From Patescibacteria group bacterium (lineage in GTDB: Bacteria; Patescibacteriota; Minisyncoccia; UBA6257; 2-01-FULL-56-20), in the NCBI GenBank assembly GCA_038063755.1, contig JBBTUL010000012.1, forward strand, positions 572 to 64,571: DNA of 64,000 nucleotides, written 5' to 3'. A program made the translations under genes and the position numbers. The notes below the pieces were generated by a model. It saw only the letters and a list, made by a program, of their open reading frames with translations. It was not told the origin of the DNA and did not search any database. Of this stretch, positions 43,136-51,462 are shown in pieces. Every line of letters starts with the position of its first letter. The first letter of the stretch is position 1.

Positions 43136-44260
43136 ATGACAGACGTACGTTTCATAGGAAAAGAAAAAATGGAGCTTATTGCGATCGCTCTTATTGTGAG
43201 CTTGGTAATGTGGACGGCTGGATTCTCTCTCTGGGTGCGTCACGCCGAAGCCGCAAACCTCACAAACGTAAGCGACGTATTAAGCAGTTCTGACCTCGGA
43301 GTGGTTGCAACGCATACAATTCAATACACCAATGCGACAACCACGATTTCCGGCCAGACGATCCGAATCACATTCGATCCAACAACCGACGCCTTTGGTG
43401 GCATACAAAGCCTTGTAACATCGAGCGTCACGTTTTCCGGAGCAAGCCTTGTGGGAACCTGTACGGGTGCCGCAAGCGAAGTGACGCTCACGACAAGCAC
43501 CGCGGCAAATGACGAAAGCGTTATTTTCACCGTGTGCGCGGGTGATACGGTTTCGGCTGGAGCAAAGACAATTACAATCAATGGGACTATTACGAATCCC
43601 GTGGGAGCAGGTTCTTATATTGTCCGCATTGCAGGAACACAGGACAATTCTGCTGACACGCGAGTCGCAATCATAAGCAGCGTAACGGTAACCGCTTCGG
43701 TTGATACAAGCTTCACGTTCACTATCGCAGCGGTAGCAACTGGAACGGATGTGAACGGGACGACCACAACCGCAAACAGCACCGCAACGGCAATCAACTT
43801 TGGAACTCTAGTTCCTGGACAAGCAAAGTTTATTGCTCAAGAGCTTTCGGTTACGACAAACGCAAAAAACGGATTCATAGTTACCGTAAAAGAAAATCAA
43901 AATCTTCTCTCCTCAACAGGAGCCGACATAGATCTCTTTAAGGACGGAAGCTCAATAGCAGCGCCGACCGCGTGGACGTCTCCACTCGGAACTCTCGATC
44001 AAGAGAATACTTACGGCCACATTGGTCTTACGAGCGAAGACTCAGATTTAAACGGTGATGAGTTTGCAGCAGGTCTCTACGCTGGAAACTTCCAAGCGAC
44101 ATCAAGCAGGCAGGTTTTCTCGCACACTGGACCGGCTGACGGAACGACTGCTGACAAGGGACTTACTCAGGTCGGCTATCGCATCCAGGTCACCGCACTC
44201 CAAGAAGCTGCGAACGACTACACGAATACGCTTACCTACGTGGCAACCCCGACCTTCTAG
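43136..44260 (+). CDS. secreted Thr-rich protein carrying the shared C-terminal pilin/WxL-like beta module
   Basis: Signal/TM with cleavage-like AEA-AN. Body INFGTLVPGQAKFIAQELSVTTNAKNGFIVTV aligns to IPFGVLAFGADRKAAHRLTITTNATDGYRVFL of the 37080 protein. The terminal strand is DYTNTLTYVATPTF. Confidence 0.55.
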   Translation: MTDVRFIGKEKMELIAIALIVSLVMWTAGFSLWVRHAEAANLTNVSDVLSSSDLGVVATHTIQYTNATTTISGQTIRITFDPTTDAFGGIQSLVTSSVTFSGASLVGTCTGAASEVTLTTSTAANDESVIFTVCAGDTVSAGAKTITINGTITNPVGAGSYIVRIAGTQDNSADTRVAIISSVTVTASVDTSFTFTIAAVATGTDVNGTTTTANSTATAINFGTLVPGQAKFIAQELSVTTNAKNGFIVTVKENQNLLSSTGADIDLFKDGSSIAAPTAWTSPLGTLDQENTYGHIGLTSEDSDLNGDEFAAGLYAGNFQATSSRQVFSHTGPADGTTADKGLTQVGYRIQVTALQEAANDYTNTLTYVATPTF

Positions 44261-44388
44261 TCGAGACGAAGCGGCAAACGTGTTTGACTTGTACCCCCGC
44301 CAGGAATGGCGGGGGTATGTCTTTTGTGATATAATCTCTACATTCAAGGCCGAGCGAATGGTGATCACCCGAAATAATTAAACGAAAA

Positions 44389-45480
44389 ATGAAACATATT
44401 TTACGATTTTGCCTGGTTTTCTGTGTTTTTCTGTTGTTTGTCGCCGTGTTTAACGTCTCGTCGGTTGCATTGGGGCAGGAGAGGGTAGGGGCAAAAGTCC
44501 AGCCAGCTTTTATCGACGGTCCCGAGGCGCGAATCGACCCTGGGAGCTCAAAGAACTATGTTTTGAAGGTAACCAACCTCGACTCAGAAGAGAAGACATA
44601 TTCTATTGTGACACGAGATATAAAGGGACTTTCCGAATCCGGCGACCCGGTTTTTGCCGATCCAGAAGAGGACATTCTTGCCGGTATAAGTTTGTGGGTG
44701 CGGACAAATAAAAAAATACTAACAGTTGGTCCGGGAGGAACAGGTGAGGTGCTTGCCACAATTTCCGTTCCAAGCGACGCCTCTCCAGGAGGACACTTCG
44801 GAGGAGTTTTCTTTGTTGTTGGAGCGAAGAGCCTGAGCGAAACCGGTTCGGGTGTCGGATATGAAATAGGAACATTAATAAATTTAAGAATTGCAGGGGA
44901 GATCAAAGAAGAGGCGCGGATACGAGAGTTTAGTTCGGAGAAGATGATTTACGGATCGCCAAACGTATTGTTTTCCACGCGCGTCGAAAACTTAGGAAAT
45001 GTTTTGGTGCGCCCCAGGGGTCCAGTTGAGATAACGAGCATGTTTGGGAAAAAGAAAAAAACAATCGTTATGAACGACGAACGTTCGGGTGTGTTCCCTG
45101 GCCAAGAGCGTTCGTTTGAATCTCGCTGGGAGGGAGACGGGTTTTCTTTCGGAAGATATCAGGCGACGATATCTCTCGCTTACGGAGAAGAAGTAAGCAG
45201 GACGATTTCTTCTTCAATCGCGTTCTGGGTTCTACCGCTCAAAACAATCCTTCCGGTTTTTGGGGGGCTCGTCGCTATCATATTGCTCGTGGCGTTCTCG
45301 TTTAAGATATATCTAAAGAGAAGGATAAAAGAATTCGAACAAGCAGGAGCGATTCAGGGAGGAAGCGTTCTTGGCAGAGGAGAGGCACGAACACCGTTTT
45401 CTCGGCTTCTTTTCGTAACGCTCGGAGTAATGTTCTTCGTACTTGTTCTTTTCTTACTGCTCTTCGTTTTCTTTGGATAG
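44389..45480 (+). CDS. membrane-anchored surface protein, paralog family A
   Basis: RIAGEIKEEARIREF...VENLGNVLVRPRGPVEITSMFGKKKKTIV, plus a C-terminal TM (LPVFGGLVAIILLVAF) and a second hydrophobic tail. Confidence 0.6.
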   Translation: MKHILRFCLVFCVFLLFVAVFNVSSVALGQERVGAKVQPAFIDGPEARIDPGSSKNYVLKVTNLDSEEKTYSIVTRDIKGLSESGDPVFADPEEDILAGISLWVRTNKKILTVGPGGTGEVLATISVPSDASPGGHFGGVFFVVGAKSLSETGSGVGYEIGTLINLRIAGEIKEEARIREFSSEKMIYGSPNVLFSTRVENLGNVLVRPRGPVEITSMFGKKKKTIVMNDERSGVFPGQERSFESRWEGDGFSFGRYQATISLAYGEEVSRTISSSIAFWVLPLKTILPVFGGLVAIILLVAFSFKIYLKRRIKEFEQAGAIQGGSVLGRGEARTPFSRLLFVTLGVMFFVLVLFLLLFVFFG

Positions 45481-45484
45481 GCTC

Positions 45485-45877
45485 ATGAAAAAAGAGATAA
45501 GCACACTCGTCCTGGGAGCGCTTACGCTTCTTGCGGGAGGAATTTCGTTTTACGGTGTTTCTGCGCTTACAAAAAATACTTCAGGCGATTTATTTCTCGC
45601 GCAGCTCGGATCGGCCATCGGGATCACGGTTGGCGTGTTGCCAAACGAGGCGAACACGCTCCTTGCGCAGCTAAAGGAAAAAGAACAAGCGCTTGATGTG
45701 CGAGAGCAAAATATTTCATTTCGAGAAGCGGAGTTGCGTGGAGAGTCCGCGCTGGACGAAGCCGAGTACTACGGACGAGTAGTAAAAGCTTTAATAGCGG
45801 CGGTGTGCGCCCTTCTTGTGCTTGTGGCCGTGAACTTTTGGTTTGACCATCGACGCTCCCGAAAGGAAAGAGCATAA
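45485..45877 (+). CDS. small two-TM hypothetical protein with central coiled coil
   Basis: MKKEISTLVLGALTLLAGGISFYGVSAL is an N-terminal TM, and there is a C-terminal TM. It starts 4 nt after the preceding gene. Confidence 0.4.
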   Translation: MKKEISTLVLGALTLLAGGISFYGVSALTKNTSGDLFLAQLGSAIGITVGVLPNEANTLLAQLKEKEQALDVREQNISFREAELRGESALDEAEYYGRVVKALIAAVCALLVLVAVNFWFDHRRSRKERA

Positions 45878-45884
45878 TATTTGG

Positions 45885-47609
45885 ATGAAAGACAGAGTAG
45901 CGAGGCGGCAGGCTCTATTTCTTTTCCTGGCAGCATGCCTCTTTTTTCGTTCGTGGATTGCGCACGGAGCAATCATTCCCTATATAAACGATACTATTTC
46001 TACGTCAGAGCCGGGAGCGGCGGCAGACCAAACGATTGTGTTTCAAGTCGCAAGAAGCGTTCCGCCTGGAGGAGCGATCGTGATTACGCCGCAGGCAGGA
46101 GCGTTTTCGATTCCTTCTGATCTTGATGCGACAGATGTTGATTTTGCGACCTCTTCCTCGCCGACGGGAGCTTGGCAAGAACGAGCGCTTTCGTCTTTTG
46201 CGTCAACAACGGCAGACGAGGTGAGCGTCGTTTCGGGGAGTTTTGGATCTATCACGATCACCCTTTCCTCCGGAGAGGGGCTTGAGGCCGGTATTTTTTC
46301 GCGAGTTAAAGTTGGACTACATGCAGAATCAGGGGACGCAGGGGACAAGCAGATAACAAACTCAACTTCTACCGGTTCATACCGAATATTTGTCGAAACG
46401 AGAAGCAGCACGTCTTCGCTCATCGATCAGGGAACAACGATGATTGCGATTGTTGCGCCAATAAATTCCGGAGCAGGAAGAACGGATTTCGATCCACCGC
46501 TTAGATCAAACGGTCTTCCGGCGAGCGCGCTTCCTGGAGGAACCTCTAACGTAGAAATATCACTTAATACTGATGAGCTTGCATTTTGTAGATACGCAAC
46601 ATCATCGGGAATTGCGTATGCGGGCATGGTGAATTATTTTTCGAACACGACAAGCACGCTTCATTCGATGGTTATCACGGGACTTGCAAGCGGAGCGGCG
46701 TATTCTTTCTACACGCGATGCGGCGATCTTTTCGGAAACAACAATCCGGACGACTTCGAAATTGCATTTACAATCGACCCGCCGCTTCCTCCGCCTCCAT
46801 CCGGACAAGGAACCGTTGTTGGCGGGACGGGCGCAGGTAGTGGAGGCGGGGGTGGCGCTCCGTTTCCGGTACCGCTCGGGCAGCCATCGGTAACATTTAA
46901 AGGAAGAGCATATTCGTCCGCAGAGGTCATCCTATTAAAAGACGGGAAACAAGAGAAGCAAGTGTTTGCCGATAGCGAAGGAGTTTTTGAGTTGACCGCG
47001 CAAAATCTTTCGCAGGGAGTTTATGGGTTTTCTCTTTTTGCGGCCGATTCGAAGGGAAGAAAGTCGGGATCATACGGAACGACCCTTACTCTTGTTTCCG
47101 GAACGCGTAATGTGATTTCAAATATATTCCTTCCGCCCACCATAGGAGCGCTTCGGACAAACCTCAAAAAAGGTGAGCAATTATTAGTTGAAGGACAAAC
47201 CATTCCGCACGCAACCCTCGAAGTGCTTCTCTATAGGCGTTCAGATGCCGCACAGCTTGAGCAGAAGGCGCTGAAGTACAGCGCAACAGCAAAAAGCAGC
47301 GGTGCTTGGCAATTCGTCATTCCAACAGTCTCTCTTTCGGAAGATGTCTATGAGGTCAGGGCTCGAGCGACATCCGATGATATTGGAACAAGTATCTTGG
47401 GTTCTCCTATTGCGGTGGGAGTTGGGCGAGACGTAGGTGCTTCTGCTTCAAAGAGCGCAGACTTCAATCGGGATGGGAGAGTAAATCTTGTAGACTTCTC
47501 GATTTTTCTTGTGTATTTAAACGGAAAAAACGTCGAAGGTGATTTAAACGATGATGCAAAGGTAAACATCGCGGATTTTAGCATCCTGCTCTTCCAGTGG
47601 ACCGGGTAA
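45885..47609 (+). CDS. secreted multi-domain protein with C-terminal tandem dockerin-type calcium-binding repeats
   Basis: Signal peptide, Ig/Fn-like repeats and a poly-Pro/Gly linker. The C-terminus DFNRDGRVNLVDFSIFLVYL...DLNDDAKVNIADFSILLFQW is two dockerin segments (D-x-N-x-D-G-x-V-N-x-x-D + helix). Confidence 0.6.
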   Translation: MKDRVARRQALFLFLAACLFFRSWIAHGAIIPYINDTISTSEPGAAADQTIVFQVARSVPPGGAIVITPQAGAFSIPSDLDATDVDFATSSSPTGAWQERALSSFASTTADEVSVVSGSFGSITITLSSGEGLEAGIFSRVKVGLHAESGDAGDKQITNSTSTGSYRIFVETRSSTSSLIDQGTTMIAIVAPINSGAGRTDFDPPLRSNGLPASALPGGTSNVEISLNTDELAFCRYATSSGIAYAGMVNYFSNTTSTLHSMVITGLASGAAYSFYTRCGDLFGNNNPDDFEIAFTIDPPLPPPPSGQGTVVGGTGAGSGGGGGAPFPVPLGQPSVTFKGRAYSSAEVILLKDGKQEKQVFADSEGVFELTAQNLSQGVYGFSLFAADSKGRKSGSYGTTLTLVSGTRNVISNIFLPPTIGALRTNLKKGEQLLVEGQTIPHATLEVLLYRRSDAAQLEQKALKYSATAKSSGAWQFVIPTVSLSEDVYEVRARATSDDIGTSILGSPIAVGVGRDVGASASKSADFNRDGRVNLVDFSIFLVYLNGKNVEGDLNDDAKVNIADFSILLFQWTG

Positions 47610-47651
47610 GCGAAAAGAGAGGATTCTTCCTATGATATACTATGAGTAACG

Positions 47652-48158
47652 ATGACTTCGTTTCTCGAAAAACTGAACGAAAAACTTGGGAAAACCGTTA
47701 CGCAGACCGCGAAACCTGAGGGCGGTGAGACGGCTGGTCCAGAAGTGGCGCGACAAGAGGTGTTTACAAAAAACACCGACCTTCCCGCGGATATATATCA
47801 AAATCCAACACACATTATCGTTTATATTCCTGCCGCAGGGGTACATCCGCAGGATTTCGAAGTTGTCCTTGACGAAGAGCATGATCTTTTAACGATTCGA
47901 GGATTGAGGACAAGACCACAAGACGTTGCTGGTATCGAAAAGGACGAAGATGGGCATTTCATTTCTCAGGAGTGCAAGTGGGATTCACTATTTAGAAAAA
48001 TAATACTTCCTGCCGAAGTTGATCCATCTCGCGTCGAGGCTATTTTTACAAAGGGAGTGCTGGTGATTAAGCTCCCCATATTAAAACCAGGAGAGGGCGT
48101 AAAGCTTCGCGTGAAAGAAGTGGAAAGCCCGGCAAAGACCGTTCAAAAAGCGACATGA
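47652..48158 (+). CDS. Hsp20/alpha-crystallin family small heat-shock protein
   Basis: Alpha-crystallin domain (FEVVLDEEHDLLTIRG...IILPAEVDPSRVEAIFTKGVLVIKLP). Confidence 0.8.
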   Translation: MTSFLEKLNEKLGKTVTQTAKPEGGETAGPEVARQEVFTKNTDLPADIYQNPTHIIVYIPAAGVHPQDFEVVLDEEHDLLTIRGLRTRPQDVAGIEKDEDGHFISQECKWDSLFRKIILPAEVDPSRVEAIFTKGVLVIKLPILKPGEGVKLRVKEVESPAKTVQKAT

Positions 48159-49942
48159 TTTCAAGAAGAAAAAGGAACCTATACGCTCTTCTTCTGTGTG
48201 CCGCATGCGTTGCAGCGGTCACCCCTTTTTTTATTCAACGAGCTGATGTTTTTGCGGCCGGGCCATCTCTTGGCATAAGTCCAGCAAGCGGTTCGTATGG
48301 AACCGGGGGAACGTTTACCGTAAAAATTATGCTTCAAGGATCGGGCGGAGTCGGTATAAATGCCGCAGATGGGGTTTTAGTTTTTGACAAAACCCTCCTC
48401 TCCGTGCAGAGCGTGTCAAAAGAGAATTCAATTTTCAGTCTGTGGACTGCCGATCCAAGCTTCTCGAATGGGGCAGGTACGGTAAGCTTCAGCGGCGGAA
48501 CGCCGACTCCGTTTACAAAAGAAAGCGGAGCAGTTATGTCGGTGGTGTTTAAAGCCGTTGCTCCGGGCGATGCAAGCGTCGAGCTTTCCGAGGGATCCAT
48601 TCTTGCTGCGGATGGAAAAGGAACGAACGTATTAAGTTCGCTCGGGAAAGCGACGTACACGCTTGGCGGATTATCTGCGAATCCGAAGAAGGCACCAGAG
48701 ATAACTGGAGCAGGAACGGCACCAGCAGAGTTGAAGGTCGAGACGAAAGGACAATTCGCTCCTTCAACGGAGATCGTTTCGCAAAGTCACCCGAATGCTG
48801 ACAGCTGGTATTCAAATAAAAACCCAGAATTTTCGTGGAAGCTTGACCCGCTTATCGCAGGCGTAAGCACGGCCCTTACCGAGAAAGCAGGTTCCGATCC
48901 CGGCCGAGCATCAGAAGGGCTACAAGAGACGAAGAGGTTCAACGATGTCGAGGATGGTATTTGGTACTTCCATGTGCGGTTTAAAGATCAAAATGGAGCT
49001 TGGAGCGCTCCAATGCATCGGAGGGTTGGAATTGATACGATTGCTCCTCTCGCATTTGACCTTGCTGTGCAGAAAGAGCTGTCGGAAGAGGGCTATCGGT
49101 TGTCGTTCATTGCGGAAGACGCACTTTCCGGAATTGATCACTACGAAATTCGACTCGATGGAAAGGAGATCGCCTCGCTTGGCGTAGATGTTCCGACGAA
49201 AGGACCATATCGTATGTCGGCGCTTTTGTCGGGGAAGCACGCAGTGACGGTCCGCGCGCTTGATAAAGCAGGGAACGCCACAGAATCAACAAAAGAGCTT
49301 GTTGCGGAAGGTATTGGAACGCCGAAGATCACAAATTTCCCAGACACAACGAAAGAACATGTGCCGGTCGTGATTCAGGGTATCGCGGACTCAAAAGCGA
49401 CGGTGCTCGTGATGATCGACAAGGAAGGGAAGGAATTTTCAAGAGAACGAGTGCGAGCGACTGATGATGGTGGATGGGTGTATGGGAGGCAAGAGGGAGT
49501 TCCGCCGGGAAATTACACCATTACCGCAAAGATGCTTGGTGCATACGGAACAGAAAGCCAGACCTCAGAGTCGATTTCGATTTATGTTTCAAGAACTCCG
49601 CTTGTCGAGCGATTCGGACTCATTGCAATTATCGTGCTCGCCCTTGCGGTCGCAGGCCTCGTGAGCGCTCTTTGGTACGAAAGGAAGATTTTCATACGGA
49701 GCAAGAGCCGAGCGCTTGAAGAGGTGAAAGAGATACAAGCAAAAACAAAAGCAGTATTCGAGGCTCTTCGCGAGGAAGTTGAAGAAAAAGTAAAAATGCT
49801 TGACGAGAAGCCATCTACCCCAGAAGAGGCGATCGATGCCATCGATACGGATCGCGTTGTTGATAGCATACGCGAGGCACTCGATGTTTCTGAGGACATG
49901 ATCTCGAAAGAGGTCGAGGATGTCCAAAAAGCGCTCGAATGA
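48155..49942 (+). CDS. membrane-anchored protein with N-terminal cohesin-like domain (putative dockerin receptor/scaffold)
   Basis: Signal peptide. GTFTVKIMLQG...INAADGVLVFDKTLLSVQSV...VMSVVFKAVAPGDASVEL resembles the cohesin signature (CDFVYSYDPNVLEIIEI...ATIVAKVKSGAPNG). There is an SGIDHYE...RALDKAGN module shared with the 62327 protein, a C-terminal TM (LIAIIVLALAVAGLVSALWY) and a cytoplasmic coiled-coil tail. Confidence 0.55.
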   Translation: MISRRKRNLYALLLCAACVAAVTPFFIQRADVFAAGPSLGISPASGSYGTGGTFTVKIMLQGSGGVGINAADGVLVFDKTLLSVQSVSKENSIFSLWTADPSFSNGAGTVSFSGGTPTPFTKESGAVMSVVFKAVAPGDASVELSEGSILAADGKGTNVLSSLGKATYTLGGLSANPKKAPEITGAGTAPAELKVETKGQFAPSTEIVSQSHPNADSWYSNKNPEFSWKLDPLIAGVSTALTEKAGSDPGRASEGLQETKRFNDVEDGIWYFHVRFKDQNGAWSAPMHRRVGIDTIAPLAFDLAVQKELSEEGYRLSFIAEDALSGIDHYEIRLDGKEIASLGVDVPTKGPYRMSALLSGKHAVTVRALDKAGNATESTKELVAEGIGTPKITNFPDTTKEHVPVVIQGIADSKATVLVMIDKEGKEFSRERVRATDDGGWVYGRQEGVPPGNYTITAKMLGAYGTESQTSESISIYVSRTPLVERFGLIAIIVLALAVAGLVSALWYERKIFIRSKSRALEEVKEIQAKTKAVFEALREEVEEKVKMLDEKPSTPEEAIDAIDTDRVVDSIREALDVSEDMISKEVEDVQKALE

Positions 49943-49970
49943 ACTTGAGGCATAACGCCCATGACAAGTT

Positions 49971-51410
49971 ATGACTCCATCCCTTCACAACATAAGCTTC
50001 CGCGATAGCGGGAAAACAATAGTAATACAGAGCAAGTTTTTACTACAAAGTTTCCCAAAAAGGAAAAAAATAATCGGGATTATCTTGACGCTTTTTGCAA
50101 TAGGCGTTCTTTGCTACGCCTTTATTACGAAGGCGGGTGTTGCGACGTTTTATCCATTCTCATGTCTTGGGAACTGGCACAATGTGCAGAACGCCCTTGG
50201 CAAGCCAGATCTCGTCGAGGGAGACCCAGACGAGCTTTTTACAGATGAGAATTCTGCGCGGTCGTGGGGATCTGACTCGCAGATATTTTGCGGAAGCTTT
50301 GTCGGAGACGGCGACGAAGAGAAGACATTCCAAGCCGCTCACCTCAGGTTATTTTGGGCGGTAAAAAACGAGAGCTCAAACGAAATTGCCCCTCCCCTCG
50401 ACACGGCAAGCGGTGGAACGGGAGGTTCTGCGGGCGAAACGGTCCCGTCGGAAGAGGCGAGCGCTACGGCGTGGGCGGAAGATGACGCACCGATCCCGGA
50501 AGATACGACGACATCTTCGCCGTCTGAGCCAGTGGCACCTTCGGAGGGCGTGTCCGGTTCTCCGGAGAACATTACTCCCGTCCCGACCGAAAGTCAGGAG
50601 CCGAGCGGGAATGCCACAACCACCAGTGCGCCGGATCCGGATGCATCCACTTCGTCCCCGCAAGCATCGCGTCCGCGCGAGGGCGGATTACTCGCCTCCA
50701 TTCTACGGTCCGTACGCGCCGAGGGGCCCGGAGTGGCGTCCGACACGCTCGTTATTCCATTCGATGTTTCTTCAAGCACGAATCTTATTGCCGCACCGCC
50801 GGTGTCGAGAGAAGACTCGGATGTACTCTATGAGGTTGCAATGTCTCTTGATGGCAGTATGTGGGATTCTCTCATTAAAATGAAGTCTCCGGAAGACGAG
50901 GCGACCATTCAGCTCCCGATACGATCCTGGGACGAGCTCAAGCGGCTTCAAATCCGGATTCGTGAGATCGCCGCCGGGAAACTCCAAAAAACCATGTACC
51001 TCGACGGGATGATTGTCGACGTCGAATATGGCATTCCGGAAGAAAGCACCGGGCAGGTTGCGCCAAGCCCCACCGAGAAAGAGAGGGAGGTGTACGATGC
51101 GCGCGCGGAACATAGTTGTACCGTCGAGCCATTTTCGGTGAATGTCGCAAAAGGAGCGAGCGCCGTCATAACGCTTTCGCTACACCCGGCACATCAGGAG
51201 CGAATTTACCAAACCGAGATGGGGCCACTTCCGTCGGGCGTATTGGTTGAAGTTGGAGAGGGGAAGGATCCACAGGACAAAACGCTCACGTTTCGCGTAG
51301 GCGAAGATGCGCTTGTTGGGTCATTCAACGCCGTTATCGTATACAAAGAAATTCAGAAAGACGGAGGTGTCATTCCCTCGGCGTGTCAGTATAATTTGGT
51401 GATCGAATAG
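49971..51410 (+). CDS. secreted protein with long acidic Ser/Pro/Glu-rich low-complexity region
   Basis: N-terminal TM/signal (IIGIILTLFAIGVLCYAFI) followed by an E/S/P/T-rich linker and a globular C-domain. Confidence 0.5.
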   Translation: MTPSLHNISFRDSGKTIVIQSKFLLQSFPKRKKIIGIILTLFAIGVLCYAFITKAGVATFYPFSCLGNWHNVQNALGKPDLVEGDPDELFTDENSARSWGSDSQIFCGSFVGDGDEEKTFQAAHLRLFWAVKNESSNEIAPPLDTASGGTGGSAGETVPSEEASATAWAEDDAPIPEDTTTSSPSEPVAPSEGVSGSPENITPVPTESQEPSGNATTTSAPDPDASTSSPQASRPREGGLLASILRSVRAEGPGVASDTLVIPFDVSSSTNLIAAPPVSREDSDVLYEVAMSLDGSMWDSLIKMKSPEDEATIQLPIRSWDELKRLQIRIREIAAGKLQKTMYLDGMIVDVEYGIPEESTGQVAPSPTEKEREVYDARAEHSCTVEPFSVNVAKGASAVITLSLHPAHQERIYQTEMGPLPSGVLVEVGEGKDPQDKTLTFRVGEDALVGSFNAVIVYKEIQKDGGVIPSACQYNLVIE

Positions 51411-51462
51411 GCATTCTTCGGCTTCTCTGTGTCTTGTTCTACAATATAGGAAATAGGCGCTT

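Noticed and set aside
43136-45877. Possibility that the proteins at 43136 and 45485 are TasA/camelysin-type fibre subunits with SipW-cognate signal peptides
   Set aside because: The N-termini resemble the SipW-cognate signal pattern (LG..L..GG..A.F.D) only loosely. No SipW-type signal peptidase gene is present in the window. The C-terminal pilin/WxL-like similarity is better supported.
50376-50883. Arg-rich 165-aa plus-frame ORF and 95-aa minus ORF inside the 49971 gene
   Set aside because: Frame shadows of the acidic Ser/Pro/Glu-rich low-complexity linker. They have no start context and overlap a gene with a signal peptide and a coherent domain structure.
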